Assembly (NCBI RefSeq): GCF_009914755.1
Contig: NC_060941.1
DNA: 64,000 bases
Source: the human T2T-CHM13v2.0 reference genome, Homo sapiens
Direction: 5' to 3' (one strand)
Positions 32,475-56,313 of this stretch are shown here, one piece after another. The notes beneath the pieces are model-generated. The model saw nothing but the letters and a program-made list of their open reading frames with translations, had not been told where the DNA came from and searched no databases. Position 1 is the stretch's first letter, and each line of letters opens with the position of its first letter. Both the position numbers and the translations under genes were made by a program.

Positions 32475-32579
32475 AAAAACAGTGCCTGGCATTTTGTGGC
32501 TTCTCAACAAATAATAATTAAATAAATAAATCTGATTTGTCAATAGCAGGACTGATTACAAGAAGAAAATGTAATATTG

Positions 32580-33239
32580 ATAAATAATATTTGTACATAT
32601 TTATGGGGTACATGTGATATTTTCATACATGCATAGTACATGTAATAATCAAGTCAGGGCATTTGGGATATCCATCACCTTCAACATTTATCATTTCTTT
32701 GTGTTGGGGAAATTTGAAATGTTCTTTTCTAGTGATTTTAAAATATACAATATATTGTTGTTAACTGCGTTATTAAAGATTCTAACTTATTCTTTCTATC
32801 TAACTGTGTGTTTGTACCTGTTAATCAACCCCTTTTCATCACCCTCCACACCCTTCCCAGCCTCTGGTAATCATCATTCTATTCTCTACCTCCATAAGAT
32901 GAACTTTGTTGGCTGCCACATATGACTGAGAACATGCAGTACTTGTCTTTTTATGCCTGGCTTATTTCACTTAACATGATGACCTTCAGTTACATCCATC
33001 TTGCTGCAAATGATAGTATTTCATTTTTTATTATGGCCAAATAGTGTTGCATTATGTATATATACCACATTTTCTTTATCCAGTCATCCACTGATGGACA
33101 CTTAAGTTGCTATTGTGAATATGGCTGCAATAAACATGGAAGTGCAGGTATCCCTGTGATATACTCATTTCCTTTCCTTTGGATAAACACTCAGTCATGG
33201 GATTGCTGAATCATATGGTAGTTCTATTTTCAGTTTTTA
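32580..33239 (-). mobile_element. L1MA-type 3' end
   Basis: TTGTACATATTTATGGGGTACATGTGATAT...ATACCACATTTTCTTTATCCA...ATATGGTAGTTCTATTTT. Confidence 0.8.
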
Positions 33240-35669
<2,430 letters not shown>

Positions 35670-37094
35670 TTATTTTGTAAAATTTGAGAAGAGGTATGAC
35701 CTATTGTATTTGACCTTATTTTTACTTTTTCTATTGTTCCTTCCTTGCTTCCTGATACTCCATGATACTTTCATTTATTATATTCTTTTTGTTTAGAGAA
35801 ATTCCTTTAACCATTCCTTAAGGCTAAATCTGATAGCGACAAATTCTTGTAGTTTGCATACATTTGAGAATGATTGGATTTCCTTTTCATTCCTGAAGGA
35901 TAATTTCACTGGATACAATTCACAGTTTGCAGTTCCTTTTCTTTTTTTCTTCGAGTTGACAGCACTTAAAGAATGTGTTATTTGTTTCTGGCCTTCATGA
36001 TTTCAAACATGAAACCTGGTGTCATCAAATTGGTGTTCCCCTGGATGTAATGGAAACATTTCTGTCTGCTGCTGTTAATAGTTGTTTTATCTTTAGTTTG
36101 CAGCATTTTAATTATGATGTGTCTTGGTAGGAATTTATTTGACTTTATTTGGGGTTCGTTCAGCTTCTTGAATCTGTAAGTATATGTCTTTCATAATTTG
36201 GAACGTAAACCAGATTTGGGAAATTATATTCTGCTATTTCTTTAAATATTCTCAGTCCTACTCTTTTTTTTCTCTCCTGGGACTCTGATGTTAAGATTCC
36301 TGGATCTTGTGTCATTGTCCCAAAGAAAGGTCCAGAGGCTGTGTTCATTTATTTTTAGTCCATTTTCTTTTTGTTGTTCAGACTGGGTAAATTACAGTGA
36401 TCTCTCCTCAAGTTCCCTGGTTCTATTATTTGTCATCTCCACTCTACTATCAAGCCCATCCAGTGAGTTTTAAATATTTTAGTAATTGTATATTTTTAAT
36501 TTCATAATTTTATTTTGGTTCTTTTTTTATAACGTATTTCTTTGCTAAGATTTTTTATTTTTTCATCAGTTTTAAGAAAATTTGTAATTTCTTACTGAAA
36601 CTGTTTTTTATGAGGGTTTACCTCATGACAAGATGATTCCAGAATCTGATTCTTCTCAGTATAAGCATTAGTTGATTGTCTTTTGTCTTTCAAGTTGTGA
36701 TATTCCTATTTCTTGGGATGATGGGTAATTTTGGATTGATTTCTGGATATTAAGACACTTTGGGTTCTATTTAAATCTTTCATTTTTTAGAAGATTTATT
36801 TAGGTTTAGTATATAGTATACAGGCCTTGGTCTACTTTTTGTGGTGGGCTGTGCTTCCAGTGACTATTTAGTCTTCAGAACCTTTGTGTCACTATTTTGG
36901 TCCGCTCTGGGTTATCTACTGATCCCTGCTGGTGTTGCCTGAATGAGTGGAAAGAGGTTGCCCAGTCTGGGCCAAGGTGGGGAAAGGGATTCTTCAGTCC
37001 ATATGGAAGTAGAGTGCTTCCTGTGTGGAGTCCTCTATCTCTATACGGTGGGATTTCCACCTGCCTGTACTAACCAACCACCTGGTGTCTCTAG

Positions 37095-37096
<2 letters not shown>

Positions 37097-37132
<36 letters not shown>
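37097..37132. repeat. (TG)n microsatellite
   Basis: Direct inspection. Confidence 0.95.
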
Positions 37133-37133
<1 letters not shown>

Positions 37134-37879
37134 TCTGTGTGTTTCGGGTGGGAGAATAGGAATTCCCAGGTCTGATTGGGCTTCTGATTGCTGTGGCAGG
37201 TCCCCTGTGATGGTACTGCCCATCCACCTGTTGCTCTAGATGGGAGAGGAGAGTCTCAGGCCTGATGGGATCCCCTCTGGCTGCTTATGGTTAGTGGGGT
37301 TTCCAATCAATCCCTCCAGGCTTACCTGGTGTTGTTAGTGGGGCCCTTGTTCCACAGGGGGAGGAATACGTGGGCCATCTTCTATTGCTAGGCTTGGAGT
37401 TATAAGATGCCCCACTAACATGATGTTCCTCCAGTCCTGGGGTCCCTGTCTACCCAGTCCAATTTCCTTTTCCTACCTGTCAGAGTTCTTGTTTGTTATT
37501 TCTAGTGTTCATAGTAATCAGCAGGAAGGAACGAGGAAAAATAAATCTACAACACCTTGTCTGGACACATTATAACCTTATAAAAGGAATGTGAGATCAA
37601 GAAGGTATAACGACTGAAAGAAAAATCAATAACTATAGTCGGAAAATTTTACATAATCCTCTGAAAAACCAATATATCAAGAAGATAAAAGGAAGGAGAG
37701 CTTTAGGAGTTTCAATAACAGGATTATGAATCTCAAGATAATAGGTCTACATGCAACTTTACATGCAACAAACAGAGAATATACGTTCTTTTCTAGCACG
37801 CATGCATTATTCAGGGAAGTTGACCATATGCTAAAATACAGATGATTCTTCAGTGAGATTTAAAATAATTCACATGCAT

Positions 37880-38510
<631 letters not shown>

Positions 38511-38882
38511 CTATTGCTCTTTGAAGATATGCAATAAAATTAGAAATCAAAAAGAAAAGAGAGCTCAAACTTTTTCTGAATATTAAAAACAAAAATAAAG
38601 AATACCCCACAATACTAAGTAAATTTGGGGTTAAAGAGAAAATAGTGTAAGAAGTTACAAAATAGTTAAACCTGAATCACAAGTTATTCAGAAATGTTAG
38701 AGTACGTCTAGAAGAGTATTTAGAAAATATTTATAATTTAAATACATTTAAGAAAAATTGGAAACAAGTGAGCTAAGAAGTTTATTTAAGGAGCAGGTTA
38801 AGCCAAAGGAATACGAAATACAGAAATAATAAATGCTCAAAAATCAAGGAAGTCATGTACACAAAAACCAATAAAAAGACTA

Positions 38883-39255
<373 letters not shown>

Positions 39256-39721
39256 TCAAATAAGAATGATGAATTTAAGAGAGCAGATGAAGTTATACAA
39301 CTGCAGATTGGATAAACAGAAAGAGAGGCACAATGGACATTATTAAGCACCAATACATTTGAAAGCATAGATGAAGTAGATAAGTTTAGGAAAATATGAA
39401 ATAAATAAAAAGGTACAAAATGAAATTGGAAACTTCAATAGCTCAATTACCATAAAAGAAATTAAAATGTGGGGCACACTCCAAATTCTACCAAACTTTC
39501 AATGAACTGATCTTCTCTATCTTATATAAAAGGTGTTCTAAAACAACTCAGAGGAATAAAAAGAGATAAAGCGGCCAGATTTATTTTAGTAATTTAATAT
39601 AAACTTGGTTCTTAAAATGGATAAAGATAATACAAGGAATAAAAATGAAAATTATGAGCCAATTTTACTTACGGACATAAGTACAAAACCTAAATAAAAT
39701 ATTAGCCAACTGACAACTGAA

Positions 39722-40619
<898 letters not shown>

Positions 40620-40829
40620 TGAATTTAACCTATATCATGATCAAGTTGATTTTAACATCAGAAAATCTAGATATGAAATTTGCTACATTAATGGATTCTT
40701 AAGGAAAAGTAAAACCAAATAACTAACTCAATAGAAATCATTGATAACATTCAATATCTGTTCATAATTAGGTTAAAAGTTAATTTCTTAATTTAGATTA
40801 AGGAAAGTTTATAACAAAGAAAGAGCTGG

Positions 40830-44316
<3,487 letters not shown>

Positions 44317-44389
44317 TTTCTGCTCTATAACTTCACTTTTAACATTGTTTAGTTTTTTTGTTTTGTTTTTGTTTCGAGAGAGAATCTCG

Positions 44390-44900
44390 CTCTGTCGCCC
44401 GGGCCGCTCCGGACTACATTTCCCAGGAGCCTCGGCGCGCACTTCCGCTTCTGGCCCCTTTCTCTGGAGGAGCTCCGCGCGTGGCGAGTCTGTGTCCTCC
44501 CTGTCCCCCAGAGCAGAGAACCCTCTCTGTGTCTGGACCGGGGAGGAGCAGACGCTGGACAGGGTGTGTGTGTTCAGCAGTGGATTGTCAGACTTGGGGT
44601 CCCGGCTGCTCCCTTTTGGGTCTCTCCCCGGGCCCGCTGATCTGACTGTAATTCCTTCTGCTGGAGCTAGGGTTCGGCCACCTTGACGCGCCCCCTCTGC
44701 CCCCGGAGCGTGTCTTTGGGTTTTGTGTGTGTGGGAGTGGGGTGTATGTGTGTTTCTTATCCGAGACACCTCCGGGTCGTTTGCTTGGAAACCGGCTGAG
44801 GGCCCGCACAGCCTGGAGCATTTGGTTGGAAAGTGAGGCAGGTAGCGCCCAAGGCTCCTGTACCAGGGCCAGGTTAGGCACCAACGCGTCCCTTATGTCT
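44390..44900 (+). promoter_or_regulatory. CpG-island promoter of the plus-strand unit (fossil KRAB-ZNF; probably TRIM16L 5' end)
   Basis: CpG-rich; SBS motif GACTACATTTCCCAGGAGC 44412-44430, followed by ETS-type CACTTCCG near 44440. The TRIM16L link is from recall; no TRIM coding exon is recognisable in the window. Confidence 0.7.
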
Positions 44901-45684
44901 CTGCAGCCTGCAGTGTGGTGGAACCGTTTTATAGACTGACAGTGTGAACGTGGGAGGGGATGGATATCAGAGACCCGTTTATCCACATTTTCAGAGAGTG
45001 GTATTGCTCCGATGTGAGTGTAGGCAGGTTACTCTCTGTGTCTCGTGTTCTTTACCTGTAATTTGAGGTTTGTTGTACCTACTTTTAAGTGGTGGTTGTG
45101 AGGATTAAATGGAATTTTGACATGCAACAGTTGACACAGGGCCAGACACCAAGTAAGGGATCAATCAGTTGTTGCTTTTATTAATAGTAGGCATCCATCT
45201 GCCCACTTGTACGTAAGAAGGAAACACCCAAGAATGAAAAGTAGCTTGTTGTAGGTCACCCAGCCAACTAGCACATAGGGGAAATTAGAATCCAGGCACT
45301 CCCAGCAGGGCACTTTCCACCACCCTGCACTTTTGTATTCATCAGGCACAATATCCTTACTGTTGTCTGTAACTGTCTATGTTCCCAGTGTCTGACTCTG
45401 CAGGGCCCTGGTGGTATAAAGGTACTGAGACTTGCCTGTGTTTAGGGCTTCCTGAAGATTAAATGGCTGCTGAAGTTCTTGAGTTTAGCTTTAGCTCAAA
45501 AGATACTGCGTCAGACTCTGCGTTCTGAGTAGAGTCTCAGACAATGAAAAAAGAAATACAATGAAAAAGGGGAAAACTTCAATCCAGAATCTCTTGCCAC
45601 AGTTTTTGGCAGAATGCTGGCAATTCCCAGGAAGATATGTGGAGAACGGAAAGGTTGCTACACCCAAATAGTGGCGCAAAGGCT

Positions 45685-45724
45685 ATGATTATGGAGGATT
45701 GGACCTGCAAACTCCAGAACAGAG
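45685..45724 (+). pseudogene. Fossil KRAB-ZNF ATG exon segment, (MI)MEDWTCKLQNR
   Basis: ATGATTATGGAG parallels ZNF286B GTGATCATGGAG; phase-1 donor AGAG|GTAAGA. Confidence 0.55.
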
Positions 45725-47807
45725 GTAAGAAATAGAAATAAAGGGTCCTGCCATTAGCCGAGAATCTGCAGTATGCACACACAACCTCATTTTAGTTTTT
45801 CTTTACAGCAACCTTGTAAAATGTGTGTGGGCAGCACAGAGACCTTGGGCAAGTTAACAGTTTCCTCATCTGTAAATACTGATTTATGGAAAGCACCTGG
45901 TGTATGGTGAGTGTGCGAAGAATGGTAGTGATTTTACTAATATTCCCTTTTAATTTGAAACCCTGAAAAAACAAGATACCTTACTTCCGTACTCTTTCCG
46001 TTATACCACCTGCCTTTCTGAAGGATGAGGGGGGATAAGTCAGACTCCTTGGAGGAGGAGAAAGAAATAGGTATGGAGAGGCTGATGATTTGATTTGGCA
46101 TTATAGCACATGGGAGAGCCTTAGTCCCTTGAACCTTCTATGAGCTCAGGGCTAGAGCTGGGGCCTGCGTCCCCAGGGTCCATGGCCCTGCTGCTCATTT
46201 CTGGCAGAATTAGAGACTGCTCCTTGGCTCTCTTTCAGTTTTCTCTTAAAAAGTGCTTTCTCTTAAGGAGATACAAAGGGATGCCCCAGATTAGAAGGGA
46301 CTTCCATAGTCTATCTCTAGTCTGTTTGACTTTCCTATAATATCCTGCCCTCAGGCCCTCTGATTTCTGGAAGTCCTGGAACTTAGGAGTTCCTAACTCT
46401 ACCTTAGCCCCCACTGACTGTCAGTGTCGAGTACAGGGAGGGGACAGGCATCTTGTGGGGAAGTTGGGATTTGGGAGTATGACCAAACATATTGATCATA
46501 CCTTTTTTTCCTCGTAAAACAAAGTATAGAAAGAAAGCACCATAAAGTCTTGGTTAATGTTGATATGCAGAAAATATTGAGAATAATAATTAACTGATGA
46601 TTAAATGACCTTTCCTGAGTGCTTATTCTGTACCAGGTACTGGTTTGGGCCGTTTATGTGCATTAATGCACATTGTAGCAACGTAGGTACCATTATTAAT
46701 CTCTTTTGTAAAATTAGGAAACTGAAGCCCAGAAGAAACTTGGCTATGGTTACACAGTGCCAGGATGTAAAGGCAGTAGGCAGGCAGACTCCAGAGCCAG
46801 AGTTCCAATGACAAAGGATTACAGGAGGCATGAATTCTACAAAATTGTGAAACCCTGTACTTGGTAATAACTGAGGCCTGAAAGAACTACTTCTTCCCCC
46901 AAACAAATCCACAAGGAGGTTTAAGTACTGCTTTTTGGAGATGGGTGGAGAGAGGATTGAAGAAATAATAAACTGTAAAATATTAGGAAAATATAGAATG
47001 ATATGTAGAATAAGATAAATAGCATGTAACCCTACTACCTAGAGATAAGCGCAAAGAAATGCTCAAAGGTAATAGGATCAGCAGTTCTCTCCCTACAAGT
47101 AAAAAAATCAAAATGGAGAAGTAAATTATGAGCAGAAGGTTGCTTGTTGGGCATAGAATCAGACCAAGGGAATTTGGGGCTCATTCATTAATTCATTCAC
47201 AATACTTAGGGACTGCTGTCTGCCAAGTACACCATGCTCAGTGCTTAGGATGCAGTGGTGAATGATACGACACATACAATTTAGTGGAGCGTGTGTGGTG
47301 TTAACAGGCCTGAGATGGCCACAGACTCACCGTGGGCCTGGAATACTCACGATGGGGTGGCTAAAGGTGTCTGTGACCATGACTGCTGGGGTGGGCACTG
47401 CTGTCTTTTGCTGCTGTGACTCCCTTTTTCTTGTTCTACAAAATTGGTCACTTTCTCCATTTGTGAATAAAGGAGTTGAGCCTGGAGGTCTTTAAGCACC
47501 TCTCCAACTGTAACATTGCACTTCTTGTTTTGTTTTAGGGTTTTTTGGTCCCAGGGAACCTCGTTTTCAGAGCAGTGGCTCACGCAGATCCTGAGCCCAG
47601 TTAATGGTCATACCTTTCCCTAAGTTTATGTTCATTCTATCCTCTGAGATTATCTTTGAAGTCTCATTACATAGATGTCTGTAAAATCCTTCAAGCTATG
47701 GGCAGCCAAGGTCAGAGGCACATTTTCTCATAAGTGGCTGTTTCTAAATTCATAGGTTTGAGATACATAAAGATAAACCAGGTTCCTTTATGTCAATTTC
47801 CTTCCAG

Positions 47808-47896
47808 TTCTGCCCTCTGAGGACCCTGCCCTTTCCCAAAAGGGGTATCTTAAGAAGGAAAATATGGCTGCTCTTTGCCGGACAGCAGAGTCCCAG
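47808..47896 (+). pseudogene. Fossil KRAB-ZNF 89-nt exon, (V)LPSEDPALSQKGYLKKENMAALCRTAESQ
   Basis: Same length, phases and ends (ag|TTCTG ... TCCCAG|GTGAGT) as ZNF286B 27649-27561, with an alignable peptide. Confidence 0.8.
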
Positions 47897-48810
47897 GTGA
47901 GTTGGGGATTCTCCTCTCTTCTCGGAAATTTTATTTTAATTGAGTTGGGGATTTTCCTCTCTTCTCAGAAATCTTATTTTAATTCCTGAAGCAAATTTTT
48001 TTCTCTTAGCATGAAGCTTGTCAACCACATTAGCCACAGCAGTTTGAAAGGAAAGGATCAAGCAGGTGGGATGGACTGCCAACGGGATGGTGTTTGAGTG
48101 TTCCTCAGTTGTATGACAGTAGCAGTGAAGGTCAGGAGGCTTGGTAGCCTCGCCCATCAGTTGGCAGTGTGGAGAAAGGATGGTGGGGGCAGGATGGGAA
48201 TGAGGCCTCTTTAGCAGATAATTGAGGAGCGTGACTCCTAGAACATGGTTGGGTAAGAATCAAGCTTCTTTTTGTTCACTTGAGACATTTGGCGTAGATA
48301 TGCAAAGGCACGTGAGGCATTTCTTGCTTGCATCTGCTTAGAATATTTTGGGGAGAAAAGATGTACACAAATCTGTGTGGCACAAACCAGCAGATTTAGT
48401 ATTATTAAATAGGGCCTTATTATTAAGGGCCCTTATTATTAAGGGCCTACTCAATAATAAAGTGTCTTAGGGAAAATGCTGTATAGACTTGGAGGAGCAG
48501 GAGCAAATGTGTCTGGCTGAGAGAGATTTAGGAAGGTTTTATTCATTCAACTAGCATTTTAAAGTCCTTTTAAGCAGCTCCTAGGCTAATGAAAGTAGTG
48601 AGATTTGATGTGGGCCCTGAAGGCTAAGTTGAAAGATTTATAGAAAGTTAGTGACATAAATGACTTAGAATCGAAGCAAGATACTGATTCCTCTGGCACA
48701 GGAAAAAAGTCAGTACATTGAAATCACGGAGGTGTTGTTCCACAAAAACTTAAAGGCTTCTTATACTCAAAGTTCTTTCCTAGATATAATTCTCAAGCTT
48801 GGCTTATTTC

Positions 48811-50856
<2,046 letters not shown>

Positions 50857-51091
50857 GATAGTTTTCTTATAATTGAGTTCTGTATATAAAATTACTGTAA
50901 AACAAAACTATCAAATTATGTCAAGGGGGTATACGCATTTTAAGATTTTAAGATTCTTTAATATATGAGTCAATAAAATCTTGTCTTTGACACTGCGAAC
51001 ATAGTTTAATCTATTTCCTCTCCATCCCATCAGTCTCCCCTAAGTATGCCTCATTTAACTTTTTCTTCAGAACCCCATGCAGGTGTTTCAG

Positions 51092-51270
<179 letters not shown>

Positions 51271-51514
51271 TAAAGATTCCCTTGCTTCTATTAGGGGATG
51301 ATAACAAATGAGGCTTTGGTTATTTTCCCCCACAGAATCCAGATCAGATCCTTAAACTGTTTCTCACCCTACTTGGGTAGAAATTATTTAATTGCTTTTG
51401 ACAATTAGTTATTTCATTTTCTCCTCTCTAAAATGCAACAGAGTGGGACTGAGAATAGAGTGGTCCTTTCTCTTTTGAACTTAAAATTACATTCTGTTTG
51501 TATCTCTTGAGTAG

Positions 51515-51616
51515 GATTTCCATTTTCCAAACCTGGTATCATCTCCTAGTTGGAAGAAGTGGTAGGCCCACGAACGCAAATGCAGGAGGGAGAGGTGCCA
51601 AGAAGCAGCTGTACAC
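51515..51616 (+). pseudogene. KRAB-B exon with stop: GFPFSKPGIIS*LEEVVGPRTQMQEGEVPRSSCT
   Basis: tag|GATTT acceptor, C|GTAAGT donor, SKP..IS.LE motif, TAG at 51547-51549. Confidence 0.85.
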
Positions 51617-52057
51617 GTAAGTGAGAACAAGGCGGATTGCATCTTTAGAAATAAGAGTTAGGGGTTCTTCCGAAATCCTCCGGGCCTGTAGAAAATGTTG
51701 AATCCCCCTGCAGTCTCATCTTCACTTGACCACATCAGAATCCTAATAGCTTGCCTCTTTATTTCTTTCCAGACTGAAGGAAGAGATACTTCCTCCTTAA
51801 AGTTATAAGCCCAACACATGATCCAGAGATCAGCTTTGTGCCTCATCCTGAGGCATTTTATGAGGCTATTCCCGTTTCCTCTTTAGTAGCTGGAATCACT
51901 TCTTCATTTACTCTGTCCTTATCCTACCTAGTTTTCTGCTATATAAGAAATATGAAGAGAAGGAAAGAATTTGAATAATTTTAAGGATATAAAATTGACA
52001 TAATTTGTTGTGTAGATTTGAGAGGTGAGGGAGTAACAAAGAAAATTCTCAGGTTTC

Positions 52058-52360
52058 GGCCGGGCGCGGTGGCTCACGCCTGTAATCCCAGCACTTTGGG
52101 AGGCCGAGGCGGGCGGATCACGAGGTCAGGAGATGGAGACCATCCTGGCTAACATGGTGAAACCCCATCTGTACTAAAAATACAAAAAATTAGCCGGGCG
52201 TGGTGGCGGGCGCCTGTAGTCCCAGCTACTCGGGAGGTTGAGGCAGGAGAATGGCGTGAACCCCAGGAGGTGGAGCTTGCAGCGAGCCGAGATCATGCCA
52301 CTGCACTCCAGCCTGGGTGACAGAGCGAGACTCCGTCTCAAGAAAAAAAAAAAAAAAGAA
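52058..52360 (+). mobile_element. AluY with TSD AAAATTCTCAGGTTTC, within an L2 fragment; MER20-like element at ~52510-52698
   Basis: Alu consensus; CAGTGGTTCTTAACCAGGGG...GTTGAGAAACCTG ends for MER20. Confidence 0.85.
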
Positions 52361-52920
52361 AAAATTCTCAGGTTTCTGGTCTGGATGTGTAGGTGAATGG
52401 AAGTTCTCTTCCCTGAGATGGAAAACACAGGAGAAGTAGCAAATTTAGGGAGTGGAAGATGAGTTCAGTTTCTCTTAAGTTGTTTGAAGTGTCTATAATA
52501 AGTCTAAACCAGTGGTTCTTAACCAGGGGCAAGTTTGCCCCCCAGGGGACATTTGGCAATGTCTGAAGTGTGCTATGGGTATCTCGTGAGTGGAGTCCAG
52601 GAATGCTGCTAAACATCCTACAATGCACAGGACGGGGCCCCACACAAAGACTTGTCTGTCTAAAACGTCAACAGTGCTGCAGTTGAGAAAACCTGCTCTA
52701 AGTGGTAATGTCTGGAGGCTAGATGAATATAAGGATGACATGCCAAATGTATCTTAGTAAAGGAAAGAGATCTTAACTGGTGGTACAGATTTGGGAGTTG
52801 CCTGAGAATGGATGAAATTGAAGCCATGGGAGTGGATAATATCACCCAAAGAGCACAAAAAGAGTTACAAGAGAGCCTAGAACTCTAACGAACACAAACA
52901 TTCAAGTATCTGCAAAAAAA

Positions 52921-53418
<498 letters not shown>

Positions 53419-54374
53419 ATGTCTGGACAAATCCACTCAGACTCTTCATTTTGTTAAATGCCAAAGAATTATACTTTTATAGGTTGTTACAGTGGCGATG
53501 CTTTATTATATTTTAAGGGATGAAAATCCCTCCTCTCCTACCCCGGTTATTTTCTCTTGCAACAAATCCAAGTGAAGAAACACTGAACTGAAATCTGGAC
53601 TAGCCTAATAGACTCTAAAGCTCAATTTTTATATGTATATGTGTGTATTTTTATCTGTACCTGAAATGACTGCTGTCACCATGCAGTGATTTTACCCCCC
53701 TTCCCTGGCCTCAGGAATAAGCCAAGAAATTCTAGTTGTGCAGAACTGAGCTTGTTGCCCCTTCTTGTACTGATGGAAATAGTGCCATGTCCAAACAAAA
53801 TAAAGAAGCTCATAGCTAATTACATATCCTAATACCACCTTCCTATAAAACTTTGCCTTAATCTGTAGTCATTCCTGCCCCCAGCTCATACCCTCCTGTG
53901 GGCAGCTTTTGTTCGCTTTACCTCATCCCACTGTTTTGTGATCACCCCCCGGGAGATGAGGGACCCAGTTAATAGGCCAGATGTCAAGACTGATGACATT
54001 TCACACACTAAGAGAACTTGAAAGTTTACTATTCATACACAGGGTTTCTGGGGAGAGCAGGATAGATGAAAGCTGGTCCAAAATGGCAAGAACAGAGAGG
54101 AGGCTGGGCCTTTAAAGTAGCTAGGGCTGGAGAGCATTCGATCTGTGGGCTTGAGGGATTCAAGCTTCCTGCCAGTGCTGGGAGCTCAGGAGATGCCCAT
54201 GGATTTCTTTATCTAAAGCACCAGGTGTGCGGTGGGGCAGTGTGGAGGAGGGGAGAATAGAAAATGGTGGAAACTTAAATGCTGTCAATGGCCAGACATC
54301 AAAAATGGGGCCAAACTCTGTTACATCTACCTTTTCAGAAATCTTTTTTCACTTATCTCAAAATAGCTCTTTAA

Positions 54375-54679
<305 letters not shown>

Positions 54680-56010
54680 CTATTGTGTCTTCCGTTGATG
54701 AGGAATCTATTTTGCTTTTTCCATCTCCACTTTCTTAGAATTTTCTTTTTTTTCCCTTTCCTTAAGCCTGAAATTATAACAGTTCTCAGAAAGTAAGAAC
54801 CATTTACCTTGGAAACTGTCAGCCTTACATAGTAACTATTATGCAATCCCAACAGAAGAGTTAGGGAAGATTGAGTCAACACTTTTAGAAAACATTAAAA
54901 AAAAAAGGTCATATGAATTTGTATCAGACTATCACCAGATTAAGTTACTTGAGGCTGCCTGATGAAAATTCCTGTATATGGCTCTAAGAAATTTTATGTG
55001 TACCTAATAAAGCCAGGCATTATTTTTTGGTTATGCTGTGACTCAACACTTACATGCAAACTTTTTTTTTTCTTTCAAATCTTCCTAAGCTTAAATTGAT
55101 GTTAGAGTCACTTTTTTGGTTTCCATGAATTATTTTCCCTGCCTTTTTTTTTTCTTCCTGTTTTAGATGCATTTCAGTTACCTGAGAGTAATCCAATTGT
55201 ATAGGATTGGAGTCCCTTGACTTTCCCATATCATTCCCAGTGTACTAGCCAGAACCTGAGATTTCCCTGCTTTCTATTTTTCTCACTAAAAGGGCTATTC
55301 TGAACTCTCTCTTCTCACCTGCTTTCCTATCCTTCTCTTCTGTTTAAAGAAGTCGGTGTTAGTACAGCTTGAAATTCAATAGGGCTTGAATTACAGAAGG
55401 CACAACTGAAGTTAGAGAAGAAAGGATTTTTGTTCTGAAAATTAGCGGTGAGACAGACCACTCTGAATAAATGGTGATATCTGGAAATAATTTTTGAAAT
55501 GCCCAAAATCCTTCGTAACTTTAAGAAATTGAAAAGGGGTGGGGAGGGTCGTCTATAAGAGTGTCTGTCATTAGAATAGGACTTCTTAAAGTAATGTTTG
55601 TTAACAATTGGTAACAAGGTCATTTCCAAACATAGTTCCTGGAGCCAGTTGGCTTTGGATTGGTAGAAACCATTGTTGTTCCTTCAGAGTCCTCATCTTT
55701 GGTAATTTATTTTAGAACAAAAGACTGAAGACAGATGTCCTTGAACAAAAGGTCTGTCCTCTAATGGGTGGATTGCATGAATTCGTGGATTGTACTGTAG
55801 TGAATTGGTATAATTCTCTTGTAGCCTAAATATAATTTGGATCCAGAAATATTAAAATTTTGAGGACATTATAGTGTGAAATATTTGAAATCAGAACAGT
55901 TCTAGAAATGTTATGACTCTGGGACTTACAGAGCCTTTTTTGTTTTGTTTCAGTTTTTACTCTGACTGTACTGTTAGTAGTATGGTCTATGCTTGTGCTC
56001 TCCTCTCAGA

Positions 56011-56313
56011 TTTGTTTGTTTGTTTGTTTGTTTGAGACAGGGTTTTGCTCTATTGCCTGGGCTGGAGTGCAGTGACGCCATCACAGCTCACTGCAGCCTT
56101 GAACTCTCAGGATCCTTGATCCTCCCACCTCAGCCTCCTGAGTAGCTGGGACCACAGGCAAGCATCACCACACCTGGCAAATTTGTTTGTATTTTTTGTA
56201 GATGGTGTTTTGCCATATAGCCCAGACTGGTCTTGAACTCTTGAGCTCAAGCAGTCTGCCCACCTTAGCTTCCTGAAGTGCTGGCATTACTGGCATGAGC
56301 CGCCACGCCCAGC
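56011..56313 (-). mobile_element. AluJ with (TTTG)n tail
   Basis: Diverged reverse Alu with GCTCAAGCAGTCTGCCC. Confidence 0.85.
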
